64,000 bases of DNA. Origin: Bispira polyomma (lineage: Eukaryota). Positions 25,738 to 40,700 of the stretch are shown piece after piece. The notes beneath the pieces are model-generated. The model worked only from the letters and a program-made list of their open reading frames with translations. It was not told the DNA's origin and did not search any database. Location of the stretch: NCBI GenBank assembly GCA_965649765.1, contig OZ287756.1, positions 63,860,001 through 63,924,000 on the forward strand, read 5' to 3'. A program made the position numbers and the translations under genes. Every line of letters begins with the position of its first letter. Position 1 is the first letter of the stretch.

Positions 25738-28700
25738 ATGAGTGAACCAGTGTATGTATTCCACAGGAAAAGTAGAGACATGGCATGTACGTCTAAGCGC
25801 CTGTGGCTAACAAGTTTTACACTTTCTACTATCCTTGTATTTATCTGGATATTTAGTCAAGGTAATTATGTCTGTTTGATAATAACCAAACTACAATTTC
25901 TTATTATGAAGCAAGTTGTGTCACAGCCATACACATTGTCGGTAATTTTATATGATTATTTATTTGTGGAGGCGATTCTTAAAGCGAAAAGTTTTCTTCT
26001 TGGGTAGAAAAATTTTAGGGCTGATGCAGTTGTCAGTTTTAGTAATAGTCGAATAAAAATCAAAATCAGTGCACTGACTTTACACATCCAAACTTGTGAT
26101 TGCAAATGACAATATTAACATAGTTGTTTAATAATCTACAGTTCTAAACTTCACTGGCTTCCTATTCACTGTAGAAAAATCCTGTTTAAAATGCATGTAA
26201 CCATTTTTAAAGCTGTTGTCTTTGATACCTGTGTATATACTATTGACTATTAATTTAGATGTAGAGATATATTAGTAGACTAGATCTTAATATGATCGTA
26301 TAATGAGGGGATATGTCCCTTTATCAGATTTCAGGCAAGCATGTACACAAGACTCAAAGTATGAGTACAAAACACCACTGTAGTCGTGACTTCATCTATA
26401 GTGTCCAGAACGTCTGTGTGATCAATCCCAAATATAGTTAGATAGCACAACATGAATAGTTCCAGAGACTTAACGAAAATTAAAATCACAAACAAAATAA
26501 AGTAAAAAATAAAAATGGCGGTGTCGCCCTTTGGACTTCAATACTAAAAGTGATATCCCAACAAAAACGGCGGGAAGACAGGGGTCAATTAGTGCAAAGT
26601 TCACCAATTAGCTTAGGGGTTAAGACCCTGGACTAAACAAATTACTGGCAGCACTGATCTAGCTAGCCCCTGCGGGTCTATCTCTCATAATAATACATAC
26701 ACTGTCTTTATTTAAATATTTTCTAATGGCCTTCCACAGGTTATTATTTGACAAAGTCCAACCATTAACATTTAATATTTTGGCTCCTGTGCGATATTCC
26801 ATTTAGGAGCTAGTGTAAAAGTGTACCAAAATTTAACTCTGCTAGACGTTCACCATGGGGTTTGGAGGACCTCAGAAAAACTCTTCGACATTCTCGGTGG
26901 TCCGTCAGGTTTCTCTTATTTCTTAAATGTAAAATTTTGTCGAAGACCGTCTCTAACACAATTTTACAAGTCTAGGGTATTAATTTCTACTAGTTAGCTG
27001 TTTGGCTCTAACTGTTTGCATATCTGGAATTCTAGCACCTTCCTGAATCAATGTTTTTCCAATTTTAATTATAAAACTAGAAATATTATTATATTTATTA
27101 AAAACATTTCATCAATTGTATCAATTTGGGTCCAAAATTTAATATTTTTCACAGCTTAATGCAAAAATCTACAATGCTGTCCATTGTTTTTTCAAAATCA
27201 ATATAAAGCAAAATTCCTTCTAAATTGTTTTGTTTTGTGTAGTCCATCAAATTTTGTATAATTTAGATACTATCAAATATATTGCTCTTTCTAACAAGCC
27301 ATGTTTAATCTTCATTGATAATATATGGCAAAACATTTTTCAGTTGTAAAAGGGTGCCTTTAATCTAATTTTTTATCTACATTTAATAACGAGATTGGAC
27401 GAAAATTTTATTTTTTTAGCCTTAGTCTTTTTTCAGTCAATGTAATAATAGCTTGACACAGCCACAGAAAGTTTACCATATTCAAATGCATAGTTTTACG
27501 AATCAGTACCACAAACTTTAGCCTAATTTACAACAAGGTGTGGCAATGGATTTTGCTCCAATTTGAGTTCAATTTCATTTAATTTTCTTATTAGTTCTGT
27601 TTCAGTGTTTGTAATTTTTTGTTTCTTTTTAGAGGTGTGATTTAGAGTAAACTTCCTGATTTCTTAGTTTATAATGTCCCACAAAATTCTATTATCTTCA
27701 ATGTTTTTGTACTTCTTACTCTACACATTTATAGCATTTGAAATCTGATTTATAAAGTCCCAATCATCCAATAAAGAACAAAGAACAATTGAACTTCCAA
27801 AATCCATTACCACCTTGTTTTTTCTACTATATCTTAAAGTTTCAATATTATAATCGAATGATCAGAAAAACACCAGATGTGATATCAACCATTGTAACTA
27901 TATCCTAAATATTGGTTTAGTTTAACCAGAAGTCTTACTTACATTGAATTATATGCCATTTTTGTCGCCATGTAAACCTTTTACTAACATGGTTTAATAT
28001 TCTCCAAATATCTTGCATGTCATATTGTACTTTAATTTTGTTGAAGAATTTAAGGGACCCTGTTTAGCTAAACATTTGCATGACATTACAATCACCTCCC
28101 AGTATAATTTTTTTATCTACATTTATATTTTGTATCTGGGAGGAAACACTGAAATCCTCCAAAATTAAACTTGATCCTTTTGCTTATCCGGGGCATATAT
28201 GTTGATTACAATACAATTTGTCATTTAAAGTCAAAACACATAAAATGAACCGTCCATCTTTATCTTCATAACAACTCTAAATTTCAACATCAATAACTCT
28301 TTTTAATAATACCATTACCCCTTTGCCATGATTTGTACCATGAGCATAAATGATATAATTACCCCATTCATTTGTCCATCTGAACTCAAAAGAACTTCTT
28401 CCTTATTGTAGGTTTCGTGAAGTAATATTACATCCAAATGTGTATCTTTTATAAATCTGATAACAGATTTCTTTTTAATTTAATCATTAATACTTTGTAC
28501 ATTTCATGACATGAATGAAATATCATAGGCAATTCCAATACACACAACACTAGTTTTATAAAACAATAGTTTAGTCCTGTACACAAATACACAGTACAAA
28601 ATACCACATATAAGTAGACCAAAAAAATTACAACAATAATATTTTTCAACCCTAAAAGTGAGGAGAAAAACCACCAAAAAACATATAACACAAAAGCCTG

Positions 28701-31700
28701 TTTTAAGAGGCTTCTGAGAACTTAAGTTCTTAATAAAAAATGTTCTCCATATATCAATAATTAAGTTTATGTTTAAATTATCTTTTTTATGTTAAATCTC
28801 AAATTCGCTTATCCTGAGATGATTTGAAGATAGTTCTAGTCAGATGTTATAAACATTAAAGTGGCTATTTACTTAACCTTTACTATTTCAAAAATGACCA
28901 CTGTATGTCTGTTTGTTGGAAGTATTGTTTTCAAAATTTTACAGTAAACATCTCTTATTGTAGTTTCTTTCGTTTATCCATAATTTTGATTACTCATGGT
29001 TATCTAATAAATTGTTCATAAGATAAATAACTATTTTGGGATATGTATTGTTCAAGAAAATGAATCTTTTTAAATTGTTGACATTTAAAAATTAAAAAAA
29101 AAACAATTCTGCATATTTGTGCCTAACATAACCTGCTTTTGTGTATGCTGTAACTTATCCCATTGGAATTGAATGCATCTGGCTATAGAAGTCAACAATT
29201 CACCAAAAGACTATTTTAAAACTTCATGATATTCCAATACATTCTGAATTTGGGTTTTAGGCATCCTACATACCCATCCGATACATTTAGTGGGATTTTT
29301 GCATGCACAACCAGAAAATAACGACATCCTTTATTCTGAATTTATTAACATAATTTGAGTGTGAAAACCCCCCATATACCACTACAGTAGTCTGTTATAG
29401 GTATGATGCCAATTTCATATAATTTGGAAAAAAAATTTAATCCAATATTTTCATATTGTTTAAATTTTGATATTAATCCACCTTGTGCTCGCCCACCAGT
29501 TACTGAGAGTTATTTTGAGTTACTTCATAATCTAGATTTTCATGCAAAGATACACCTATATACTTGTATAATTAACAATCTCAAGATTTGATGAACCGGT
29601 AACACATTTACAACAAGACTGTGGTTTTCGCTTTTACAGAAATGTACTATTTGACTTTTTGATTTGTTTATTAAGAAATGCCATTTTCACACCACTGATT
29701 CAGTTTAGTCAGTAAAAGCTGTAATTGTTCTTCGTTTAATTACAATCCCTAAGTCTTTTATAAAAATTCCAAACAATGCTGGGGACAAATTGTCACCTTG
29801 TATTAAACCTTAATTTACCACAAACCAGTTACTAAGTGAGTTGTTCAGCTTAATACAAGACTCATAACAATTATATAAAGAGTTAAATGCACAATACAAT
29901 TTACTTGTTATGTTATGGTTAAGAAGTTTGTACATTAACAAATCTTGGTTTACCCAGTCATTTTTTTTTTTTTTTTTTTGTTTTGCATAATAATGAAAGC
30001 AACAAATATATCTCTGTTATCATTTAATTGTCTTCTAATAATTTTACTAAGTGCTAAATTGTGATTTTCACAAGATTTACCTTTGCGGAATCCATTCTGC
30101 TCATTGCATAATAAGCCTACATTTTTGCAATAATTTATTAGAAGGTTATTCAATAATTATGAGTGTACTTTACTAACATGTGGAAGTAGCGAAACCCCTT
30201 TGTAAGAGGAAGGTGTGTACGGATATTTTAATGAACTTTTTAAAATGGGTGTTAGAATGGCCTTTGACCAATGTGATGGGACTTTACCACAGGAAAAGTT
30301 AAACGAAAAGTTGGCAGTGTTTATCTTTGAGAACTCTATTCTAGATTTGATCAAAACCACAACCCTTGTTCGTGTTTGATGTATCAATAACCTTTCTTAC
30401 CTCCTCATATGCCATATGTCACCATTTATGTATTTATTAGCATGATTGAAATTTACAGTGTTTTCCAAATTTATTTTATTATTTAACAGTGCAATGATAT
30501 TGTCACCTGTTGACAATAGTAAAACAAATGTATCAGAGACTTTTTATAAAGACAACATAACCAACACTTATCATTTGATTCAATCGTCATTTTATGTCAT
30601 AATTTTTTAGTTCCCAAGCAACTGTATATTACTTTGTATTGGAACCAAATATATGTGTTTTCAGTGACCACATTAAAGCAGGCTATAAATATCCAAATTC
30701 AACTCATTATTAATGTGCTCACGTTACACATGTGCATACCTTTTAATTAAAAAAATACAGTGTAGTTGTTTTGTTGTATTTTTTTCTGATGCAGATGGAA
30801 GCGAGTAGTGTGCAAATGTTATTCTGATTTTTTGTTATTTTTTAAAAGAATGTCTGAATCGTTTTTTATTTTTCCAATATATCATACTGTGTGTGATGGT
30901 ATAATTAACCCCTGATGGAGGGTTGCTACCCTCGCCATCCCAGGGTCTTTCAACTTTGTTGAAAAAGGTTAAATAAAAATCATATTGGGGAAAATCAAAA
31001 TTTAAAAAATCAAAAACAACACTGGACCATTTATACTTTTCTATCTCAATTACATGATCACTTGATCAATGAGTTTCAGTGCCCTAACAGTGAAGTTGGG
31101 AGTTGATTTGGAACACAATAAAAGAGGCAAAGTGGGGATATTAGTTTTAATGACTATATTAATCTCTAACATTTATTCATATACTGAGTAAAGGGGCCAC
31201 TCTAGCATTACGAGTTTAAGTGGATGAGATAAGGTGACCTTAAATTAAGGGACCGAAAAATTAAGTTAAAGATAAGGTGACTTTAAATTGTGAACAACTT
31301 AAGGTGACCATAAAATTTCGAAAAAGTAAGGTAGCCTAAACTTTACAATGAGGCTAGCTTAAAGTGTGTAAGATTTTGAATTTAAGGTGACCTTAACTTT
31401 TTGTTTAGGTTACCCTTAAGATTTGATAACAAGTTGTGAATTAAGTTCAAGGTTTAAAAGTAGAGTGGTAAGGTGGCCCCACACTTTATTATTTAGACAT
31501 TTAACAGTTGTATAATATATAGTAAGGAATAAATGTAAATAAAGAACCCCAAAGCCCAACTAGGTGGTAGTGGAGTGTGAAAGGAGAGTCTGGAAAGCCA
31601 AGACCACCTGCTGGGAAGCATTATGGTCTTGGATTATATATTTCCAGACGCAATCCGACGTCCAGGTGCCATAACTCTGTATATCTTGAATAGGGACATT

Positions 31701-34700
31701 ACTGTTGAAAGCGAGGGTGGCACCAGAACGTTGGAAGGTATGGAAGGTAATATTAGAATGTTGTAGTCCCAAACGCTGGAGTATGCTCGACAGGTTGGCT
31801 CGAACTCAAGTATCAGTCAATGGTATCCAGGTATTGTTCTTCTTAAACTGGAAAAGAGGGGAGTCTCTATGGCCTGGTGTAATGGCTAGGAAGGCCCTAA
31901 CTGCTGAAACTGGGCAGAGGGGGGAGGAAAGTAAGGCAGGAATTTTTATTACCTTGGCAGTATTTTTGGACTGCAGTGTCTTAGCCCACTTTATTATGAG
32001 GTGGAGGCCGGGAGGTGCGAAAATGACGTCACCTCTGGCCAATTGAACTAGGGGAGAAAAATGTGAAGCTGCATGGGGGACCAGCTTAGAGATCCTGAGG
32101 AAAGAGAAGAATGCTGTCAAATACAATGCCTTGAAAACCTGGCCCATGTACATTGTGTCACAGGATTGGATGATTTGGGTAAGAAGGGGGTATATCAATA
32201 ATTCTTTTTATTTTGCCCCTGAAGGGGCTATTAAGCAAGAGTGATTTTTGGTAATACCTGATTCTGGGGTCAGAGAAAGCAGAAACGTTTAGGCCAAATA
32301 ACGCCATCTTGGCTTTAATTGCAGAAAGGTAGTTTGAAATGGAGGAAGCAGAAGCGTGGTTAACCACTAGCGCTTCCAAAAATGATAATAATACAAGTGG
32401 GGAAATATGGTTGGTATTTATATGTGCAAAACAGCAATAAGCTAGGAAAATTCTAAACATGTTGGAATAGGCTTTCTCAGTGGAGGGTCTGAAGGCCTGG
32501 TGAGCCCTGTGTGATGCTTGCGGGGCTATCTGTCCGAGGTGAGAGGACACATCTACAATTAGATAGACCAATCTATTTTAAGCATACTATTACTGATTTT
32601 TACCCATTGTCGATTAGGGACTAGGCTTGTAAGTTTTTTATTTCTATCCTGGGTCAGTTTCCATCTGGACAGCAAATCTGCCACATGATTATCTCTACCC
32701 AGAATGTGAATGGTTCTTAAGCTGATGTCAACAGCAGCTATTTCCATAAAGATGTTTCTGGCTATAGCTGCGAGTGTTAAGTCTTTAGTTCTACCCGAAC
32801 CCAAGATTGTTACGACTGCTGCATTATCACACTGAATTACCAGTCTTTTGCCTGCCCATAGGGACTTCCAGGCCCGTACAGCTAATAATATGTTGAGCAT
32901 TTCTAAATGCACAATAATAAAGTCAAGGTAGCCCAGGGGAAGGGAATACTCATATACTTGGTCATTACACCTGCCCCCGAGTCCTTCAAGACAAGCATCC
33001 AATTGGATGCAGTCAGTGGTTGGGTCATGCTCGAAGAATGCAGTTCCATTGAACACAGGCAGAAATTTATTGAACCAGTTGATATCTTGTCTAAATTCAG
33101 TTGTGAGTGTGATTTTTTTGCTATTACCTGCTACTCTAAGGACGTCTAACATACGGTTTATGAAGACATGTGATACTCTGACACACTTTGAAACGTACAG
33201 TAGTTTACCTAGAAGTGATTGGAGTTCCCGTTTGGTACAACTTGGTTTTTTCTGCCAATCTTTAACTAGGGCGATGGTTTCTGCTAGTTTTTCTTGGGGC
33301 AGTGATACAGTAAAGTTTTCCGTGTCTACCAAGACCCCGAGACATGTAACTTTTGTACCAGGATATACTAGTTTCTTTTCACTTATTGCAAAACCTAGTT
33401 CTTGTAGCAAGTGGTGCAATGTATTAAATGAACGTCTGCTCTCTTGGGCGTTATCGTAACCGATTACGTCGTCTATGTAGTTAGTGACGTCATAACCCTG
33501 GGATTTCATAATGTATCTGACGCCATTGCTGAGGTGTTGAAAAATGGCCCTCCCATGACGAAATCCAAAGGGGAGGCAAGAGTCCACATAGTATTTGTCA
33601 AATTTGAGGCCTAGCAAGTGGAAGTCAGCGGGGTCCATCTTTACGTGACGGAACGCCCGACTGATGTCAATCTTATATATGTGAGTACCACGACCCAGGC
33701 GCCGAATTTTGCTGGTTACTGTGTCAATCGTGGGAAGTGTGAGTACAAAAGGTGTGTTTAAATATCTGTCCTTTGCTACAGTAGTGTTAACTGACTCACC
33801 GTGTGAATAACTTAAGTCAATAATAACCCGCCTGTGAGAGGCCCCCAGTTTTTCCCTCATCATAAATGGGGACACATGGAGGTTCTGTATGGGAGCATTA
33901 TCAAACGGCCCTAACATAGCCCCAAATTTAATTTCCTCTTTCAAATAGGCCTCAATGTCACTAGGGAAATCTACCGCTGATCTGTGGTTTTGTTCTACAT
34001 GGGAGAGAGGACTGTCTCGCTTAATGTCCATGGGGAAACCATATCTGACTAAAAAGGGTAGTTGGGAATCCCAATAATTATATTTTTTGAGGTATTTTTC
34101 CCAGACATCAGGTTTAAGTTCTGACTTGATCTCAATTTGAGGGCCTATAAAGTTGGGACATTTAGCTGAACTAATAATAGTATGTAACTCAATTAATGTA
34201 GCCTGTGAGGTAACCCCTTTATCTGACTGAAGAACCTCAATTTCACCTAATGGAATAAAGCCATACTTGTCTGTTGTCTGTGAATTCCATTGCTGGAATA
34301 TGGGGACATTATGGGCATCCCTTATAAGGTCCCTGTGTTTAGGTCTAAGTTGGAGTTCTAGATCATATTTGTCAGCCTCCAGTGTACTTGTTTTACCTAT
34401 GGGAGTTTTGGGTGAGCCCTTGCTTTTGCCTTAGCTGAGGCCTTTTGTTTCTTTCTCAGTATCAAGAGGTTTTGTTATGGGAATATTCCCATTGTCAATT
34501 ACACCATGTCCCACAGAAAGAGGGGAAAACCTATTGTATGCGGGGACAAAATCTTTGGCACCTTCTCGCAGGTGTGAAACAGGAGGAGGAGGCTTTGTAT
34601 AATAATGTGTTTTCACACCTTTTCCCCCATCCCCATTACTGCAAGTTTTTGTTGCTTTTCCCATACTGACAGATTTCACACCAATTATAGGGGAAGGGAC

Positions 34701-37700
34701 AATGGTACGTGATTTACCCCTAGCAACCACTTTGATTACCTGTTTGCTGACAGAGCTGTCAGACTGTCCTGAAAGGTTGGTAAAACATGCATGGTTAATA
34801 CTTTTTTGTGAAACAGTACTGTTTTTCATTGTTACATTACACATAGGAAATTTCACATTTTGGTTAGTATCTGAGTCGTGTGCACTGGGGGACATGTGTT
34901 TTCCCTGATTTTGTTTTGATTTACCATTTTTTAAAATGTCCGCACAGGATTTTTTTTTTAACCGAGCCCAGTCTGTCCTCCAGTGCGCACTGGCTTGAAT
35001 GTTAGCAAAAGTGTTATATACAATTCTACCATGAAATTGTTTTTCACTATACCTCTCAGTACAAAGTTCATTGTTCATTGTTTTATCATTGAAAACTATG
35101 TTTTCACTCCACCTCGTGCTTTTGTCAGAATAACCTTAATCACTATGACTTGATAAGGGCACTGCATTGCTGCAGTGCCTTACTCGTTTTTTGCATTTGT
35201 TCTGCAATCCTTTGCAGGGTGGGGAAACGACCGCCCATTCAATATACAATTACTACACACATGCAGATAAGTGGTTCTTTTAGTTTCATGGTCCCCTTTT
35301 TGGGGGCAAGTACACTTTTGGAAGAACCTGCATGGAGTACCCTTGTCATGACTTTTCCTGGAGGGGCCTTGTGTTTGACTAGAGTTTTGGCTGGAATTAA
35401 TTACCCGCCTAATTCTGTCGAGTTTATGGGACTCGTCCCATGACACCTTCCCCTCTTCCATTTTACAGGATAGAACTGAAATAAAACTGACTTTACACAT
35501 CCAAACTTGTGATTGCAAATGACAATATTAAAATAGTTGTTTAATAATCTACAGTTCTAAACTTCACTGGCTTCCTATTCACTGTAGAAAAATCCTGTTT
35601 AAAATGCATGTAACCATTTTTAAAGCTGTTGTCTCTCAACAGCCTCACTACCTCGCTACTTAGCTCTCCTTCAGCAGCCTTAAAAGGGGAAAAAGACTCT
35701 GTTTCCTCTAAAAACACACCAAGAGGGTTGGATTTAGAGCCTTCTCAGTCGTCGCCCCTATGTTATAAAACAGTCTTCCAGTTGAACTCAGACTGCTCAA
35801 TACACTTTCTGGTTTTAGGAAAAGGCTTTAACCTATCTCTTCAGGCTCGCCTATCCGCTGTAGTCCTTCTCTTAGGCGTTGACGCATCCATCCTTACGAC
35901 CTGGATATGTTTTTTCATATTTCTATTGGCTGATTGATTCTGATGTTGCACCGTGGAAGATACCTAGCATCAATAAGGCGCGTTAAAAATGCACAGTACA
36001 ATACAATACAATAGAAAAGTTAGCTTTGCAGTCTGGTAACTGAGGTGTTATATGTCAGTAGATAGACATATATCAGCAGACACTTGCTATCTGGGGTACT
36101 AGGTTTGTGCTCTTATCTATCATTTCTGCAAGGAAGAACAATCACTTTACGTAACCTTTAACCTATAAACTTTGGTCTTTAAAAAGTTCAAGCAATGTCA
36201 AAATGCTGTGAGTGTGTCCGTCAAACTTTTATGTTTATCTATCTTGCTCAACAAAAATTTCAACTCATTTGATTTAAAAACTTACAACATCTAATATAGA
36301 CTAGTTATGCATCTGCAAGTTTTAATATCCAACTTGTTTAGTTATGCTTTTCTTTTTTATCATGTTAAAATGAACATTAAAACTGCATTAACAAAACAGT
36401 AATATAGAGTAAAAAATCCTGGGGATGTTAGTTGCTGTCAATTTCACTACAAATATAAAATTATATACTAGTTAATGTGTACAATTTCCCATATATTCCA
36501 CAGAGTCCCAATGGCTGTCAGAAGAACACAAGATCTGGCGGTTACTGAATTTCTCAGTACATGAAACCTTTACAGGTGACAGTTTATCTATATGTTTTGG
36601 CTCCTCTACTACATCTATACAAAGTGTATTCTTACATAAGATTGTACTTTAACTTGATTTTAATGTTGCTATCAGGAATGTATATTGTGACTAGCAATTG
36701 TACTAATTTAGAGGATTTTACATAAATATTTTGACACTGGATCAAATAACACAAAGCAAAAGAAACGATAAAACAATGCTTTTCTATTGAATAGTTTAAT
36801 TTTTATTTTATGCACAAGCAGACACTTGGGTCCACATAATGAAATATTCCATTCATCTGACCAATTTATTTATGTCACCGGGAACGTTCAGATAACATTA
36901 TGATTCTACACATAGTAAATGGTTTCAGAACATAAAAAGCAACAAATCGTACACAGACTTTAACCATTAAAAATATTTTAACATTGAAAATGTTATTATA
37001 CTTCTATTTTAAGAATAATATTTAATGGATATTGTTGTGTTTCAGAATGTATAATTTTCAATTTGACATTGCTCAAATATAGCATAGAAATTTTACTAAA
37101 ATGGTGATAAAAAAGTAATTGCAATAACAGTCGTATAAAAGAAAAAATGTTGATCACTTATCTTTTTTTTTTCTTCTTTTTTTTTTGTGAGCACAATAAG
37201 TTTATTTCCATTTATATATATACAGAGTGTAAAGATTTTACATACATTTTATACAAAATATAAAATGTAAATATACTAACTGCATTTCCTCTTCATTTTT
37301 GTAAAGAATTTATTACTTTTTATTTTTATTTTCTTTCTCTACAATTTATCGTAATTTATAGTTGGAATACTGTTTAAGTGAGCATATAGATCTAAACCTA
37401 GAAGTTTGAATTCACATGTTGTGAATATTATATTAATATTAGATGAATTGATATACTAGCTACACAATACAACACCTAAAAGAAATCAGCCCAGCATAGA
37501 TTTAACAAGAGCTCATTTACAAGTCAGTAGCTTTTCATTTATAAACTCTTTATGATGTAATTTAGGAGACCACTTACTCTATGATAGTTTGAAACAGTGT
37601 CAATTAGGTCCATAAGTTGACATTGGTAATCGTCACCAATCAGCCAATTTTTTTAAAAAAATAAACATTTATTATATAAAAGTTATACAAAATGTACGTA

Positions 37701-40700
37701 CAAACTATTCCCAAAAAAGTTTAGGGTTACAGTACTGGGTAACATCAACAAAACTGACATAGAACTTTATGAAATACACGAACCACATAATTAACAGGCC
37801 ATGTATATTACATAGATTAATACATAGTACCAGAGTACATTATTAAATTACATCAGTACATCAATTCACACATTAGGTTAATAAACCCAACTCCATAACT
37901 CAAATCATACCAGCACAGATTATCGAATTACAAGCTAGCCACATAGCTTGGATTAATATGTAAAAAAGCATACATTATCATATGTTAAGGAAACAACACA
38001 GATTAATGTGTATAGCAAGAGCACATTATCATAGCTTGGATCATTCAGGCCAAATGAAAACATTTAGAGACAACATGTTTGACAATATTATATATCACAT
38101 ATTTATCTAATAGTTACAATCATGCATATATTTAATCCTTATTCATCAGGCTACTGAATTTGGACCATTGTTTAGTAAACATTTCTTCTTTGCAGTTTAA
38201 TTGTGCTAACAGAAGTTGTTCAGTGTACGTCTTTCTTAGTTTTGGTTTTAACAAGTGTAATTGTGGATTTTTATTAACACGGGAGCATTGGAAAATGAAG
38301 GCCTTAGTAACTGTACAAATGGTGTTTCTGGGCAGGAAAGTTTCATCATATTCTAAATATCCCAAAATAATGTTGTATGAGTTTATGTCCAAAGTAACAT
38401 GTATTGACTCATAAATCCAATGTTGTAAAGAATTCCAAAGGTCTATTACAACAGGACATTCAGCAAATAGGTGAATTATTGTTTCAGGCAAACTTTTACA
38501 GAAAGAACAAATAGGAGATCCTTTGATAGACATATCATACAGTAATTTATTGGTGCCTAGTATTCTGTGAATTATTCTATATTGAAGCCATATTAGAAAG
38601 TTATCCTTTAAGGTTTTAACATTATTGAATTGGCTGTATATAGGCTTCGTTCCTCTTTGACTTTGCAGCAGAATTGAAAACTGATAGGGGTATATTGGCC
38701 TTTCCATAATTAGGTTTTGATTATTATTGCCAAATCTTTCTATTAATAAAGAAACTCTTTTTTTAATTTTATAGTATTCTAAAAAGTTTATCGAAACAAG
38801 ATTGTATTTTTGCTTCAAATCGTTCTGTGACAAAAAACTACCATTTCTATCAAACATGTCACCAATAACACAAATTCTATTTTTGTACCAATTTGCAATA
38901 GGTGGAATATTACCAAGTTTCACATTATACCAAAGTGGTATGGAGATAATATGATCATTCCTAATCTTTTCACCTTTATTAACTAAATCACACCAGGCCA
39001 ATATGACATCCTTCCAAAATTGGTTCTTTATTCTGCCACATAATAATTTCAACCAGCCACGACCAAAATCCATTAGCTTACTTACTGGTGAAACAAGTTT
39101 TTCAAACAGTACTGCCCAGTCTGGAGAATTAGATAGTAATAGTTTTCTGATCCAAGTACATTTTAGAGATTTTATAAATATTCAACATTATTCATTTGTA
39201 GACCCCCCTCTAGATAGTCTTTACATACTAAATCTCTTTTAATTTTATAAGGTTTTCCATTCCACAGAAATTTAAATAACATTGTATTGATTTCCTGTAA
39301 AATCTTGATATCAGGTGAGGGTATTGATAAAAATAAATGGGTAAACTTAGATAACAAAAGAGTTTTCATGATTGTTACTTTGCCAAGTGGTGTTAGATGC
39401 TTTTTTTCCCATTGTTTAATAGTTTCCTTTATTTTTAAAACAGCTTTTTCATAGTTTTCAGAGGGGATTTTCTCAATGTCAACATGAAACAAGATACCCA
39501 ACAGAGAGAATTCATAGTTTTAGATGTATTCATTTTTAAGCCGGATATATTACCAAAAATTTCTAAAACATTTAATGATGCCTGCAGAGATTTTTCAGAA
39601 CCATCAAGAATTAGGGTTGTGTCATCAGCATATTGAGTAATTTTGAATTCTTTACCTTCAATAGTGACCCCTTTAATGTTTATGTTATATTTGATTAATA
39701 GGTATAGTATATATGCACATATTATAAATAGATTAGGTGATACAGGATCTCCTTGCTTACAGCCTCTTTTTATTTTTATAAATTCAGAAGTAAATCCAGA
39801 TTGTAAAACAGTTGCATAAATGTCAGCATTAAACAATTTTATCCACTTTACAAAATTATCACCAAAGCCTAAGTAGTTAAGTACATTATACAAAAATTTC
39901 CAAGACACACAGTCAAATGCTTTTTCAAAATCTATCATCATTAATAAACCATCTAACTGCTTTATATCTGTACACTCCATTATATCATAAATTAAACATG
40001 CACTTTCTCCTATGAAGCGCCCTTGTATGAAACCTGTTTGGGAAGGAAGTATAATTTTAGTGAGTATCGATTTTATTCTGGTGGCTAATACCTTAGATGC
40101 CAATTTATATATGACACTCAATAGAGATATCGGTCGCCAATTTTTTAATTGATCCCTAGGTTTGTTTCCTTTTGGTATACAGTTTATTATACATTGTCTC
40201 ATACTATAAGGTAATTTACCAGTTTCATAACTTTCATGTAATGCTCTCAGTACAAAAAATTTTATCTTCACCCAAAAAACTTTATAAAATTCTACTGGAA
40301 GACCATCAATACCAGGGGTTTTGTTATTATTCATGGTTTTTATGGCAGTTTCTATTTCAGTGATTTTGATTGGATCACCTAAAATTCTGCAGTTTGAAAT
40401 ATCTAGGTTTGTAATCTCAGTGGAATTCAACATTTCATATAAATTCACATTTTCAAGACTATCATCACGGCTTGTAAAAAGGGTAGCATAAAACTCCTTA
40501 ACATAAGACAGTATTTCTTTTTGATCTGTTATATAACTACCATTATCCAAATGTATTCTTTTTATTGTTTTGTTAACATAGTTATGTTGTTCTAGGCCTA
40601 GAAAATATTTTGTTGATTTTTCACCTTCTGATAGATCTTGCACTCTGGCTCTAACCTTTTGGCCTGGCATTTTTTGATCTCGTATTATATTCAATTCAAG

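Larger units (their letters stand above)
31080..35478 (-). mobile_element. Ngaro-like YR retrotransposon (family A), copy 1; lacks most of gag, and its 5' region is displaced to ~26222-26690
   Basis: Gag C-terminus 35180-35478 (CRFFQKCTC...H...HVCSNC...HPAKDC), pol 35078-32559, YR ~32552-31560, 3' palindrome array. Confidence 0.93.
26222..35485 (-). repeat. Inverted, circularly permuted segmental duplication of 46808-53892
   Basis: 26221-29210 = rc(46808-49800); 29211-29621 = rc(53484-53892); 30508-33326 = rc(50653-53464); 35344-35478 = rc(~50508-50656). Confidence 0.93.

Noticed and set aside
28449-28691. Hydrophobic 80-aa ORF duplicated at 47329-47571
   Set aside because: T-rich LINE spacer-like sequence; its conservation reflects the recent duplication.
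31326-31340. taaggtagcc resembling the 28S rDNA R2 target site
   Set aside because: A variant of the local palindrome array; no rRNA sequence nearby.
31193-31480. Repeat-spacer pattern resembling a CRISPR array
   Set aside because: Units are ~13 bp, degenerate and irregularly spaced; eukaryotic context with no cas genes.
33007-33459. Antisense ORFs over TE genes (also 31705-32046, 42910-43386, 50059-50460, 50649-50972)
   Set aside because: Shadows of pol, YR, gag or ORF1; they recur only because the region is duplicated.
36472-36575. Apparent frameshift in the paralog 3 stem exon
   Set aside because: It arises only with the upstream AG; the shared ttccacag acceptor gives an open 72-nt exon in paralogs 1 and 3.
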